Below, piece after piece: positions 51,106 through 62,758 of a stretch of 64,000 bases of DNA. Below the pieces are notes generated by a model, which was given only the letters and a program-made list of their open reading frames with translations, was not told the DNA's origin and did not search any database. The stretch's first letter is position 1; each line of letters opens with the position of its first letter. Both the position numbers and the translations under genes were made by a program. The stretch spans positions 429,523 to 493,522 of the forward strand of contig CM119267.1 in assembly GCA_051294375.1 (NCBI GenBank). The letters run 5' to 3'. The DNA comes from Paraspadella gotoi (Eukaryota; Animalia; Chaetognatha).

Positions 51106-52323
51106 CCCGGTCGAGTGGCACCCGCGATGTCAGAACCTGCTCGCCTCCGCCGACGACAACGTTCGTGTCTGGAATTTGCGACTTTTTGCGGGGAGTGGAC
51201 TTCTTGGTCCACTTGCGCTTGAAGGATGGCTTCGAGCGGAAACGAGGGCGCTTGTCGATTGTGGGTTTAGAGCGGGAGATGTTACGAAGCAGCGTCGAAT
51301 TAAGCGCTGATGCTACCTGCGCTTCCTGATTGCCAAAAAAGGAAAATGCAGTGGGCGTGGAACAAGAAAGCGTGGCGCGAAGGTCCTGCGGCGCTACGGG
51401 GAGGATTTGGCAGCGGATCTTTCTGATGAGTGATTTCCGTTCAAGTGCCGAGACGCAATTCCCTCATCTTCCATCAAGATTGGTACGGCATGGAATCTTG
51501 GGAACGAAAGCTGATGTGCGATCCTGATACGTGGTGGTTGATTCAAAAATAATTCACTTCCTTTGGGCACGCTTTGCCTCTTTTTCTCTTTTCAATTTTG
51601 TCATTTTTTCTTCAAAATAAATTTTATTTTTATTACCATTTTTATTTCGCTAACCATGTCCAATTATCCATAAATAAATTTTTATTTCGCCAGACGCCCG
51701 TCTTGGCGTGATAATCATTTAGAATTGCTTCTTTGTGCCATCGTTGTCGTCGTCATGCTTTTTTACAAATAGAAATTATGAAAGTGTATAACCATAAGAA
51801 GCTAAAAATTTTTAAAACAATTTTTATATAAAAAATATTACGAATTACAATTATGTTTTAGTTATATGTCGTTTTTTCTCTTAATTATATGTTTTTTTTC
51901 CATCGCTTTTTCTGATTCGTTTAAAAACAGCTGGGGCTGGATTTCTTTCTCTCTCTCACGCATTTGTTTTATTTACGATGAATGATTATCAACGCATCAA
52001 TGAATGGCTATCTTCGCATCAATCATTTGGTTTTCATCATACCAATTATTGGTTATTATCGCATCAATATTTGGTGATCATTGCATCAATAAAATATTAT
52101 TATATCAATCAATTATTATTACATCAATCAATTACTATTACATCAATCAATTATTATTACATCAATAATTCGTTATCCGGATATTTTAATTAATTTTCTT
52201 TGATAGTAATGTCTGGCAAGATCATTATACTTTTAAAAATTTTTTATAAATCCCTTGTTATTGGTTTTTCGATTGTTTATTTTCCCCAATTAAGAATGAC
52301 GACGATCGGGCCTCAGTTTCCTC
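50490..52323 (+). pseudogene. Degenerate tandem duplicate of the LanCL 3' end, the coronin-like gene and the GPALPP1 5' end (paralogous to about 47307-49747)
   Basis: Collinear similarity with many indels, a poly-T insert at about 51073-51106, the coronin middle replaced by about 250 nt of foreign sequence, and flanking N-gaps. Confidence 0.8.
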
Positions 52324-52974
52324 TTGATGTCCCAAAATTGGTCGTAGAGCAATGGCTTACCGAAGGGGGAGTAACCATATGTGTACTCGATATCAAGACA
52401 AAAGCTCTCTTTAAAATTATCATTTGTACTCGAGTTACAGAGCTTGCCGTCTCAGAAATTCTTGACGGATGCTACTGTACCAAAAATGGTGGAAAATTAA
52501 ATCCTTTTTTTTCGCCATTTTTCATTTGAAGTAACAATATTATTTTGCCTGTAACTTCTAAACGATTTGACCTACAAAAAAATAGAAGGAAGCTACTGAA
52601 AGGAAATTCAATATAGATTCGGATACGTTCTGATTTTTTTTAAATTAAATAAGTTTTCGAGTAGATATCTTTTATTAGAAATGTCATATACTCTTTTCCT
52701 AGATAGTAGATGTTGTTAATTTTGAATAAAAAAAAAATTATTGGAAAAGAATCTTGAGATTTGTTTCCTCTTTTTATTATGTTAACCCTACTAATTTTAT
52801 ATATCTTTTTGAAAATTTGTTTTGTTTTGACCGAAAAAAAATCTTTTTAGGAATATGAATTTCTACTTTTTTTGTCGCATTGAATTGTTTCGAATTGTAG
52901 AAGACGAAAAATAGTAATAATAAAAGTAAGGTTTTTCCATGTTAAAATCAAATTTTTGTTTTAAATTATTTGAA

Positions 52975-53262
52975 GAAACAAGAACGGTAATTCAAATGTG
53001 TTGCGCCGCAGTAACTGCCTTATCACATATATTTTTCGTGACATGACTACAATAACTTTCTTAGCCCGTGTATTTTCGAATTTTTTTTATTCTTTATAGT
53101 TTTAGGATTTCCTGAAAGTGGCGCTAGCAGTCGCTTAGATTTGATGTTTTTTCTTGTCTTGACAAATGAGCAACCAACTATATGCAAGTTATAATCATTT
53201 TTAATGTAAGTGTGACATACCGACGGACAGACCGACCGCGAGTACTCGCGGTGAAACTAAAA
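52975..53262. mobile_element. HINE-type element, longest copy
   Basis: Same 5' end (GAAACAAGAA..AATTCAAATGTGTTGCGCCGCAG) and the same CCGCGAGTACTCGCGG palindrome as 4290-4433. Confidence 0.65.
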
Positions 53263-53342
53263 TTCCATCCCCGATTTTAGAGATCTGCACGATAATAAGA
53301 TTATTGTCAACAAAAATCAAATTCATTAAAATTGATCAGACA

Positions 53343-53998
53343 ATGGAATCAAATGAAGAAGCTGCTAACAAAGAGGCTGGTCGTCCAAAAATGGAAGAGG
53401 TTTTGCCAGTGAGTGCTACAAAAGTCCAAGGCATCATCCTTATAATCCTGGCTGTCGCAATTGGGGTGGTCAGTATCACAGCCATCGCCCTCAACCCTTT
53501 TAACTACCTTACATTTCCTGATGATTATTCTGGGATATGGAGCTCAATATTTGTCCTCATCACCGGTGTTATGGCCATCTGCGCAGTCGTTTATAAAAAA
53601 AAATCAATCGTGAGCTTTCCATGCAATAAATATTATAAAACAAATTTAATAACACCAAAAAAACTTGGGTATTTAATTTCCAGGTTATTGCATATTTGGT
53701 TTTTGTTTGTTTTTCTCTGCTTACGTCTATTGTATTGTTGGGCGTAATGGTCAGTGTAGTTCTTCATCGTGATACTATCTACTGTAAGGTTATCTGTGTT
53801 TCCAATTATGACGCTTTGATTGCCTTGAGTAGCGTTTTGATCGGCGCGAGCGTGCTTACGTTTGTTATTACACTCTGGGCTACAATCACCACCTCTATAG
53901 CAGTTGACAAGACTTGTACTTGTAATTCTAATTGTTGTGGTCCGAAGCAGCCGACTACAGTTGTGGTTTACGCGAATGGACCACCACCAGAAGAATGA
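53343..53998 (+). CDS. Four-transmembrane MS4A/CD20-like protein, intron 53610-53683
   Basis: Phase-0 GT-AG join gives four hydrophobic helices, a GIWSSIFVLITG motif in TM2 and a Cys-rich tail CTCNSNCC. Confidence 0.7.
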
Positions 53999-54217
53999 AA
54001 AGATTAAAGGATTTTTTTTTAATTATCTCGCCCGTCTTGGGCGTAGATAATCGTTTACCATTGCTTTGTGTTAGGACCCGCCGGTCCGTCCTCTTCCTAA
54101 AACGCCCCCGAGAATATTCGAAGAATATTTGAGGAAACTCCTCAACCCCGGCGAGATGCTTCGGTAGTCCAGAGATTCTTCAAAGACATGATTTGGTGGC
54201 TTGAGCAAATCAACGAT

Positions 54218-57200
54218 CAAATAGTCTCTTTATTTCTCTGAGTTTATGAAGAGTTTTAAAAAAGGTACCTTAATAAAATAATCAAAGCATATAGATATTC
54301 AAACAGTACGATAAAAAATAATTATCAAAATTATTATTTAAACACTCAAAAGAATTACAAAAACCAATGAATAAACTAAAGCACGAATGACGAAATGATC
54401 CAAACGATAATCCTTGAAGTAAAGTTCGAACTCAGATATCACGATTTGCGAGTCTTTGTATCTAACAGCTCCTCCCCCACCCCGAGTATCGATGGAGACG
54501 TCTTTGGAATCGATGGAAATGTCTTTGGAATCGATGGAAACGTCTTTGGAATTTCACGTCGAACTTTATGCAGTGACATCTGTGTCAACTCAAGTTTTAC
54601 TGTGTCCCCGTATTTTACTTCTCTGAATTTTTTCTTACGTCAACCCTGGGATGCTAAATCACTTCGCCTCGTTATCCCTAATTTCGCTTCGCCAGATATC
54701 GCTCTGGTCGTTCGTTCTCGTTTTAGCGAATTGGGAAAACCACGACATCCTTCGGCTAAAAATCCAAGAAATTCCCCATTTTACGTGTTCCAGACGAAAA
54801 CTTCAGTGATCTCTTTAAACGTAACGCAGTTTTGCGCTTCATCGAAATTTGTTCTGAGGAGAAAAATCTGCCCCTTTCTCGCCGTTTATCGCTCTCAATG
54901 CACAACGAAAAATCGAGCGAATCTTACGCGTCTATATCTGCGGTGAGATCGAGCAACAAGATGTATATACTTTCTGTATCCAATTTAGCGATGGTGACGA
55001 TTTCGTTTTCGAAAAATGTCGACTTTTATGCGGAGAGTCATCCCTCCTCGCGTCTTTCTTGATCAAAGCTCGAGGCGGAGAAAGCGGAAAACTTGATGAA
55101 CCGCCATTTCGAACCAAAGTGTTACCTCCCCTACAATGCCCGTCTCCACAGTCTTGTTCCAGACCGCGGAGAGGGCACAATCATTATCGAAAGGAGTGAC
55201 ATTTTTTGATTTCCAGCGCGAAATTGGAGAGAGTGCGCTATTTCACGGCTCTCTCTCACGTTCCTTTGGAAAACATCGGCGCCAAAGAAACTAATTTCCT
55301 TACTTTTCGCGTGGGCCGGCGCATTTTTCATTATTCTCCAATCTTCGCTCATCGATTATGGCACGATTTCGCCAATATTTTTTACTAAATTAAGCGAAAA
55401 ATCCGTCTTCACGTTCCAGAGTAGACAGATTCGCGAATTCTTTGATCGTCAACTTCACTGGTCCCTTACCACGTTCTTGATGCTGCAGACACGTGCAAAT
55501 CACGTGGTCTCACTCCAACAGTCGATTCTTTGCCGAATTTGTCACAGAAGGAAAATTCTGTCGCCGTGGTCTTCACTTCAGCGGAGAAGTGGTCCCTTCG
55601 CTCCAGGCACTTCGCCATCGTGCGATATTTGTGTCTCTTGTCCAGTTGTTCTGCGAAAAGACCAGTATTTTTGATTCGTTCCGCGCCATCGAAAGGAAAA
55701 GAAAACGCGATGATTTCCCTGATCGTTCCCATCTCGAAAGCGACGCTGAGCGGGACGCTCAGTTTTAAAAAGGGGAAAGTATCTGTTGGACATAAACTCT
55801 CGTCATGATCCGTCGTTCTTATTCGCCTTTTGTAATGCTGTTAAAAATATAAACAATCGATGTTTGTCTTACAAACAATACAGTTTATTGTTATTTCATT
55901 GCTTTGATTAATCATGATTCTATTTCATACAGATCGCATTAATGATGGTTGGCCATCGTCGGGGTTTATTCATAGGATTTATTTATAGGGTTTATTTATA
56001 GAGTTTATATGGTTTATACTATTCATTTGATTAGTGGCTAGGCCGAGCTTACCTGAGAGATCATTGTTGTTTCTATCGTTAACCGATGCTTGCCTTTGCT
56101 TACTCTTAGTTCTTGATCTCTAAAGACTCACTAAATCCTGCGTTATAGATACTCTCAGAAGGGTGAGCAACTGACGGAAAACCCCGCTCATCACATCGCC
56201 AATCTCTTAAATTGTATCTTCGCGACTTTGAGCGTTTTTCTTGGGACATTTGCAACAGTCAGCTTCCTCTTTGCCGATAATCAAGACGTCTTCCTCATCA
56301 CGCTCTTTCAACTCTCAAATTACGCGCGTCAATTGGAACACATATCGTAAAGGAAAGTAGCGGCGCCACTTTCTATTTATCCTCAGTCATGATCATTAAA
56401 TAAAACAAAACGATTTGGCAATTTAAGTTTTTATTCGCAAATTTTATTAAAAAAAAAAATAATGTGGACACCAACTTTTGTCCGGCAAAGGGGGACGACT
56501 GGAGATACAAAGCTCTGGGGTTCTCCACAAACTCCACGAGGGTTATGACTAGAGATAAAAAAAAAAGCTCTGGCATTCCCCACAAAAAAAAACATTGGAA
56601 ATTGAAAATTTGTTTCACGAAAAAAACAATGGACGATGAATTTGAAACGAATCAAGGTGGAAAATTCAAGTTACTAAATCTGATGCCCTTCTGAAGTCAC
56701 GGAGTTACATAACGCATCCCTCTTTCTCTTCGCCGGCAAAACACTTCATTTCGATTTATTTAAATGCTAAAGAATGTTGATCCCTCTGCTGCTGTTTCGG
56801 TGAAAAAAGGACACTTTTTTCGCTTGTTAACTCCAAACTTTCAAGAAGAATTTCACCAGTAGTTTTAGAAAAAAAAGTCCGTGTGGCAGGAAAAGAGAAA
56901 TTAAGTTCGTTTCCATCGATTCCAAAGACGTTTCCATCGATTCCAGAGATGTTTTCATCGATCCTAAGGACGTTTCCATTGATACGAGGATGCATCGAAC
57001 TCGGGGTGGGGGAGGAGCTGTTAGATCCAAAGACTCGCGAATCGTGATATCTGAGTTCGAACTTTACTTCGTCACAAGGATTTATCATTTGGATCATTTC
57101 ATCATTCGTGCTTTAAGTTTATTCATTGTGTTTTTGAACTAATTCGGTAGAATGGCTGTCTTTGAATCTAACTGACTGGACTAATTCTGCGCCATTGAAC

Positions 57201-58043
57201 CCAGATGGAGTCGGGTATAAAATGGCGCAGAAGAGAGACGATGGCGCCGGTCAAAACGCCCTGGAGATGACGACGACAGAGTCTCAGTAGATGAGCGTCG
57301 GCTAAGCCGAAAGGACGCACGATCTACGAAGCCAGGACTTGACGAAATGTCTGAAGTAAGTCTGTAAAGGAGTGTAGTTAGAAGTCCTGGCAAGGAATAA
57401 CAAAACATTTAGCTACAAACTCAGCAATATATATAAAATTTAAAGTGTCTTCTTACTTGTTCTCTGAAGCCAATAATATACAAAAAGAGATGCTTCTCTT
57501 CATAGAAAAGTCCACCAAACCAGCGATCACACAAAAAATAAGATTCCGAGATATCTGATAAGAGTCTAAATAAGCTCTGAAAAGAACTAAAAACCCAGTG
57601 ACAACTTTGAGATCTGAAGATGCCACGTGGGTAGAATTCGATTAGAATCTTAATCGAAATCTATCGAAATCACGGCACCACAATCAGAATCAGCTGTACA
57701 CTGCCTTCGGAATTCTGTACTTAAGTATAAATAACAAAAGAGAGAGCCTAAAGATGTCGTGTCGATCGCTAGAATGAAAGCATTTTCGATGTCAGTAATA
57801 AAAGAGCAAAAGAGCAACGGGGAAAAGGTAGAGAAGCTGGATTTCCTCGAATATTAAAGATAGTTATTTCGTAACCACATTGGTTTTTGAGTTTATACTG
57901 ATTTTTGTAATTCTTTTGAGTTTTTAAATAATAATTTGATAATTATTCTTTATTGTACTGTTGAATATCTATATGCTTTGATTATTTTATTAAGTTACCC
58001 TTTTTAAACTCTTCATAAACTCAGAGAAATAGAGAGACTATTT
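54218..58043. repeat. Segment bounded by about 330-bp inverted arms (54218-54550 versus 56910-57128 plus 57883-58043) and containing decayed coding-like sequence
   Basis: The arms are reverse complements, including a 21-bp ATCGATGGAAAYGTCTTTGGA repeat. The right arm is split by an LTR. Confidence 0.75.
57129..57877 (+). mobile_element. Solo LTR, 749 bp
   Basis: Starts TG, ends CA, flanked by the 5-bp target duplication CATTG (57124-57128 and 57878-57882). The empty site is visible in the left arm near 54364. Internal TATAAAA (about 57216) and AATAAA (about 57797). Confidence 0.8.
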
Positions 58044-58720
58044 GGCGGGGTGAACCTAGGCAATGCCCGACTACAATGGTTCGGAACATTTTTGTAAACA
58101 AAAATTTTAACACAATAATTAATACCAATAATGGATTAGTTTAATGCTGTTCCCATTAAAATTTGAATTCGGTCGGCTACCGCTACCCTTAGGAATGCTT
58201 TTTGTCCCTTCCGATGCGCCTAATGATTTTCCTTTCTACCAGAAAATGATCTGAATCATTGTCTCCATCAGATGCAATGCATACAGTACACTACACTATA
58301 CTACATTATACTACGCTATACTATACAGTATACACTTGAGTCGATCAATTTTTTAGTGACAAACATGCTATCTATTGAATAAGAACGGTTTTCATCACAT
58401 TTTGTCCAAGCTGAGAATGGATCAAAGTTATCAGACTTTTCGAAAGTTTAGCAGTTAATAAGATAATTACTATTACATCAATAATCACTTACTATTACAT
58501 CAATAATCAATTACTATTACATCAATAATTCGTTATCGCATCAATTATTCGTTTTTTTTTGTTTTTTTTAATTTTTTCAGTAATTTTCTTTGATTTCTTT
58601 GATTCTGGCGAGATCACTATATTTTAAAGCTTTTTTTACTGTTTTTTACTGTCTTTATTGTCTTTGTTTTTCATAAATCCCTTATGAGTTTTTCGATTGT
58701 TTAACTTTCCCCACTTCAGA

Positions 58721-59587
58721 ATGACGACGATCGGACCTCAGTTTCCTCGCGCTCGCGATATTGACTCTCATAGCGATGCGGACGACGATGACGACCTCAT
58801 GGGGCCTCAACTTCCGCCCGGTTTTGCTCCTTCAAATGACGAACACAAAAGTGACGAACTGAAAGAAAAACAAGAGCCTCGTATCCCTCGTCCCTCGTGT
58901 CCCGCGGCTGACGACGACGACGACGACGACGACGATCTCATCGGCCCCCTTCCGCCAACGGCGGAACAACGTCGTCGCGCGGAATCCTCCGTCGCCAACG
59001 AATTCGAATCCCGCGATCGACGAATGAAGGACAAATTGACTCGTTCCCAGGAAGAGGCTCCGCGACGCGAGGCCTGGATGACGGAACTCCCCGATCTCGT
59101 CCGGAAGAACTTCGGCCTCGCCGCCAGGGGATTCCGAAAGGACGCCGGCCCAGGCGGCGAGGGCCGGCGGGAGTGGACGGAGACGCCGGCCGAGAAGGAG
59201 CGGCGAAGAGCGGAGGCCGCGAAGCGAGGAGCGGGCGAAGAGGAGGAGGAGGAGCAGGAGGTGGAGGAGCGAAGCGAGAGGAAGAAGAAAAAGAAAAGGA
59301 AAAAGGAAAAGGAAAGAGAGGAGAAGATTAGAAAGGAAGTGGACGAATACAACTCGAAAAAACGAGGGGAAAGTCTCCTCGAACTTCATCGGAAGAAGAT
59401 GAAGAAGAAGGAAAAGAAAGAGAAGGAGAAGGCGGGCGGGAAGGCGGCGGAGAGGGTGCCCTTCAGTCGAGAGAAGGACCTCGAAGTCAACCGGTTCGAC
59501 GACGCAAAGAGAAATAGACTCATCAAACAATGTGCGAAGCTCAATTCAAGATTCTCGCACGGAGCGACCACTTCCTCGTTTTTGTAG
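58721..59587 (+). CDS. GPALPP1: GPALPP motifs-containing protein 1 (DUF3752), intronless
   Basis: IGPQFP, MGPQLPPGF, IGPLPP, REAWMTELP, FGLAARGF, WTETPAEKER, YNSKKRGESLLELH, RVPFSREKDLEVNRFD, LNSRFSHG. Confidence 0.92.
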   Translation: MTTIGPQFPRARDIDSHSDADDDDDLMGPQLPPGFAPSNDEHKSDELKEKQEPRIPRPSCPAADDDDDDDDDLIGPLPPTAEQRRRAESSVANEFESRDRRMKDKLTRSQEEAPRREAWMTELPDLVRKNFGLAARGFRKDAGPGGEGRREWTETPAEKERRRAEAAKRGAGEEEEEEQEVEERSERKKKKKRKKEKEREEKIRKEVDEYNSKKRGESLLELHRKKMKKKEKKEKEKAGGKAAERVPFSREKDLEVNRFDDAKRNRLIKQCAKLNSRFSHGATTSSFL

Positions 59588-59833
59588 CCGCGGATACCCC
59601 TTACCCCCCCCCTGTCCTCCGCACAACCACTTTTATTATTCCTCCTCTTGTGAAAAATTTTAAAATTTAAATATTTTAATTACTTTGTTTTTTTTACCTA
59701 AAATTTGTTTTCATTCAACCTCATTTCTTTTTTTTCTTTCCAGTTTTAGCTGAGTCATCAGCTTATTATTTCTTTTAAAGCTTTATTGTAAATAGAAACT
59801 GCTTTTTTTTGTAACGTATTTCTCATGGGCTGA

Positions 59834-62758
59834 ATGGATACTAAACTTATCACCATGGAAACCCTGCCCTCTATCGACACTGTTCTCCAAGCTTTACACG
59901 CCCTTTATCACAACCCGGACGTTTCGGGTAAGGAGAAGGCATCGGTGTGGCTCGGAGAATTGCAACGCTCCGTCTATGCTTGGTCCGTTTCGGATCAACT
60001 CTTGCAACTAGACAAGGACACGGAATCCTCTTACTTCGCGGCGCAGACGATGCGCACAAAGATTCAGTTCTGCTTCAGCGAACTCCCGAGTTCCTCCTAC
60101 TTCTCCCTCCGCGATTCCCTCATCGATCACATCTCCAACGCCAACCCCGAGACGAATCAGGCCATCGTCACGCAGCTCTGCCTGGCGCTGGCCGACCTCG
60201 TCCTCCAACTGCCGAGTTGGCACGGCGCCGCCCAAGAACTCATCCAACGTTTCGGCACCAGCGAGCGGCATTTGCCCTCCTTGCTCGAAATACTCACGGT
60301 TTTGCCGGAAGAAGTCAACAGCAGATCGCTGAGGTTGGGAGCGAATCGACGGACGGAGATCACGGCGGAATTGATGCAGGCGTCGCCGGCTGTGATGGCG
60401 CTCTTATCATCTTGCGTCGAAAAGCCTGGGGCGAGCATCTCACTCCTTACTCGAGTCTACAAGTGTCTGGCGAGCTGGGTCAATTTGGGCGCCATAAACT
60501 CTCAAGAAATCGCGTCGAGCGAGCTCTTATTGAAGGCTTTCCACTCGTTGGCCGCCCCGGAAATCCCCTCTTCGCTTCACGAAGCCATCACGGATTGCTT
60601 TTGCGCGATGCTGGTTCTAATCGAGGACCTCGGAACGCACGCCGCCTTGGCTCAGTCGCTCTTTCAAGGAATATATCATTTGCCGGAAGCTTACAACCAC
60701 GCTCTTCAAAGCGAAGACCTGGATAGATGCATCAATTTGTGTCGAATATTTACGGAATTGGCGGAATCGTTGCTGGACATCATGATTAATACTCCTAATC
60801 AAGGACTCGGAGATTTGAGAACCCTGGACTTGCTCCTGCTGTGTTTGGATCACCCCCAGTTCGAAGTGGCGGAGATCACCTTTAACTTTTGGTATCGTTT
60901 GAGCGAGACTCTGTACTCTCGACACAAGGAAGACCTCTCCCTCCACTTCGTCCCCTACATTCAGCGACTGCTCTCGAATCTGTGGAAACATTGCCGCATG
61001 GAGACGGACGCCGACGGCATCCTGGACGACGCTGACGAGTTTGGCGACTTTAGGCTTCGAGTTTCTGAGGTCATAAAGGACGTTGTTTTCCTGGTGGGCG
61101 CTCTACAAGTATTTCAATCCATGTACGACCACATCGTGGCTCGACAAGGTGTAACCGGTTCTACTTGGGACGAAGCGGAGGCGGCGCTCTTCGTAATGTC
61201 CGCTGTCGCCAAGAGTCTCCATCCTCAACAAGACCAAGTCGTGCCCTCCGTTCTTCAGTCAATCCTTCAACTACCTGACAACACCCACGTCGCGGTGCTT
61301 CACACGTCGACCATTTTGATCGGGGAGTTATCGGACTGGATCGATCTTCATCCGGATCTGCTCGAGCCCGTTCTTCAATTTCTTCTCAAAAGACTCCAAC
61401 ATCAAAATCAGATGAAATTGGCGGGAGCGGCCGCCGAGGCGCTACAAAAGATATGTTCAACGTGTTCCGAGCATATGGGCAATCATTTCACCGGCTTATT
61501 GTCAATCACTCAAGCAATGGACAGTTTTCAACTTAAAAACGACGCGGCGGTCAACATTCTCAAAGGAACGGCCGTTATTCTTTCGAAAATGCCGCTCCAA
61601 CAAATAACCAACGGCTTGAGAGATCTTTGCAGCTTTCAAACGACTCCGCTGAGGGAGTTGTTGGAGGCCTCGGAACAAAGTACCAACGAAGACGGAAGCG
61701 TCAAGGTTGGATCGAAGTCCGATCCCGTCGTTTGGTTGGACAGATTGGCCGCCATATTTCGCCACGTGACGCCGTCGGTGAAACCGGGACAGACGCATCC
61801 CTGTCAAGTGGTGGTCATGGATGTCTGGCCGGTCCTCTCGCAGGCTTGCGCCAAATTTCAAGGCGACAGTCGATTGATCGAACGATGCTGTCGTTGCATA
61901 CGCTTTGCCATCCGATGCGTAGGAAAAAGCTCCGCGCCTCTTTTGCAACCCTTAGTCTCACAGATGGTGTCCATTTATCAGATGTACCAGCATTCTTGTT
62001 TTCTCTATCTCGGAAGCATTCTTGTCGACGAATACGGATCCGAAGTCGGCTGTGTCGACGGCCTCATCCAGATGCTGGAGGCCTTCCTCGGTCCCACCTT
62101 CAAGATTTTGCAAGGGACGACCGACTCTTCGAGCCCGACGCCCGGATCCTTCTATATCGGCCTCCGGGAACATCCGGACACTGTCGACGATCTCTTCCGC
62201 CTTTGCACCAGATTTCTACAGAGATGCCCGGTCCCCTTCTTGCAGAACACCTTCCTGGAGACGCTCCTCGGCGTGGCGCTCCACGCGGCCCAACTAGATC
62301 ATCGAGACGCGAACGCCTCCGTCATGAAGTTTTTGACGGAGTTGATTCGTTGCGGAAGCGCGGAGGCGGAGAAGATCGGCGAGAACGAGGCGGAGGCGTC
62401 GAAGGCGATGATCAACGGCCTCTTGATTGAGAGAGGGGAAGCGACCAACATCCTCCGATCTCTCCTTCAATCCTCGATCTATTACCTTCCCTCCTACATG
62501 TGCGTCGACGTGAGCGAAGTCATCTACGAACTTCTCAACCTGGCCAGACCTGCTGTCTGCGTCGCCTTGGAATCCGTGCTGCAGAGTCTGCCCACCTTCT
62601 CGTCGGTCGGCGTGACACCCACTTCGCCGCCGCCGGAGACCGCGACGCCGGTCGTGACTCAGGAGCAACTCTCCGAGTTTCACAAGCAAGTCGTGGAGTC
62701 GGACTCGGCTAAGAACGTGCAGTGCGCGTTGAGAGAATTTACTCGACTTTTTAGATGA
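59834..62758 (+). CDS. TNPO3: Transportin-3 (importin-beta family), single 974-codon ORF
   Basis: VLQALHALYHNPDVSGKEKASVWLGELQRSVYAW, YFAAQTMRTKIQ, LPEEVNSRSLRLGANRR, FNFWYRLSE, ERCCRCIRFAIRCVGK, HSCFLYLGSILVDEYG, HPDTVDDLFRL, LREFTRLFR. Confidence 0.97.
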   Translation: MDTKLITMETLPSIDTVLQALHALYHNPDVSGKEKASVWLGELQRSVYAWSVSDQLLQLDKDTESSYFAAQTMRTKIQFCFSELPSSSYFSLRDSLIDHISNANPETNQAIVTQLCLALADLVLQLPSWHGAAQELIQRFGTSERHLPSLLEILTVLPEEVNSRSLRLGANRRTEITAELMQASPAVMALLSSCVEKPGASISLLTRVYKCLASWVNLGAINSQEIASSELLLKAFHSLAAPEIPSSLHEAITDCFCAMLVLIEDLGTHAALAQSLFQGIYHLPEAYNHALQSEDLDRCINLCRIFTELAESLLDIMINTPNQGLGDLRTLDLLLLCLDHPQFEVAEITFNFWYRLSETLYSRHKEDLSLHFVPYIQRLLSNLWKHCRMETDADGILDDADEFGDFRLRVSEVIKDVVFLVGALQVFQSMYDHIVARQGVTGSTWDEAEAALFVMSAVAKSLHPQQDQVVPSVLQSILQLPDNTHVAVLHTSTILIGELSDWIDLHPDLLEPVLQFLLKRLQHQNQMKLAGAAAEALQKICSTCSEHMGNHFTGLLSITQAMDSFQLKNDAAVNILKGTAVILSKMPLQQITNGLRDLCSFQTTPLRELLEASEQSTNEDGSVKVGSKSDPVVWLDRLAAIFRHVTPSVKPGQTHPCQVVVMDVWPVLSQACAKFQGDSRLIERCCRCIRFAIRCVGKSSAPLLQPLVSQMVSIYQMYQHSCFLYLGSILVDEYGSEVGCVDGLIQMLEAFLGPTFKILQGTTDSSSPTPGSFYIGLREHPDTVDDLFRLCTRFLQRCPVPFLQNTFLETLLGVALHAAQLDHRDANASVMKFLTELIRCGSAEAEKIGENEAEASKAMINGLLIERGEATNILRSLLQSSIYYLPSYMCVDVSEVIYELLNLARPAVCVALESVLQSLPTFSSVGVTPTSPPPETATPVVTQEQLSEFHKQVVESDSAKNVQCALREFTRLFR

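Noticed and set aside
53975-53998. YANGPPPEE end of the MS4A-like protein as a second KASH tail
   Set aside because: Two residues follow PPP, and the four-TM topology puts the tail in the cytoplasm.
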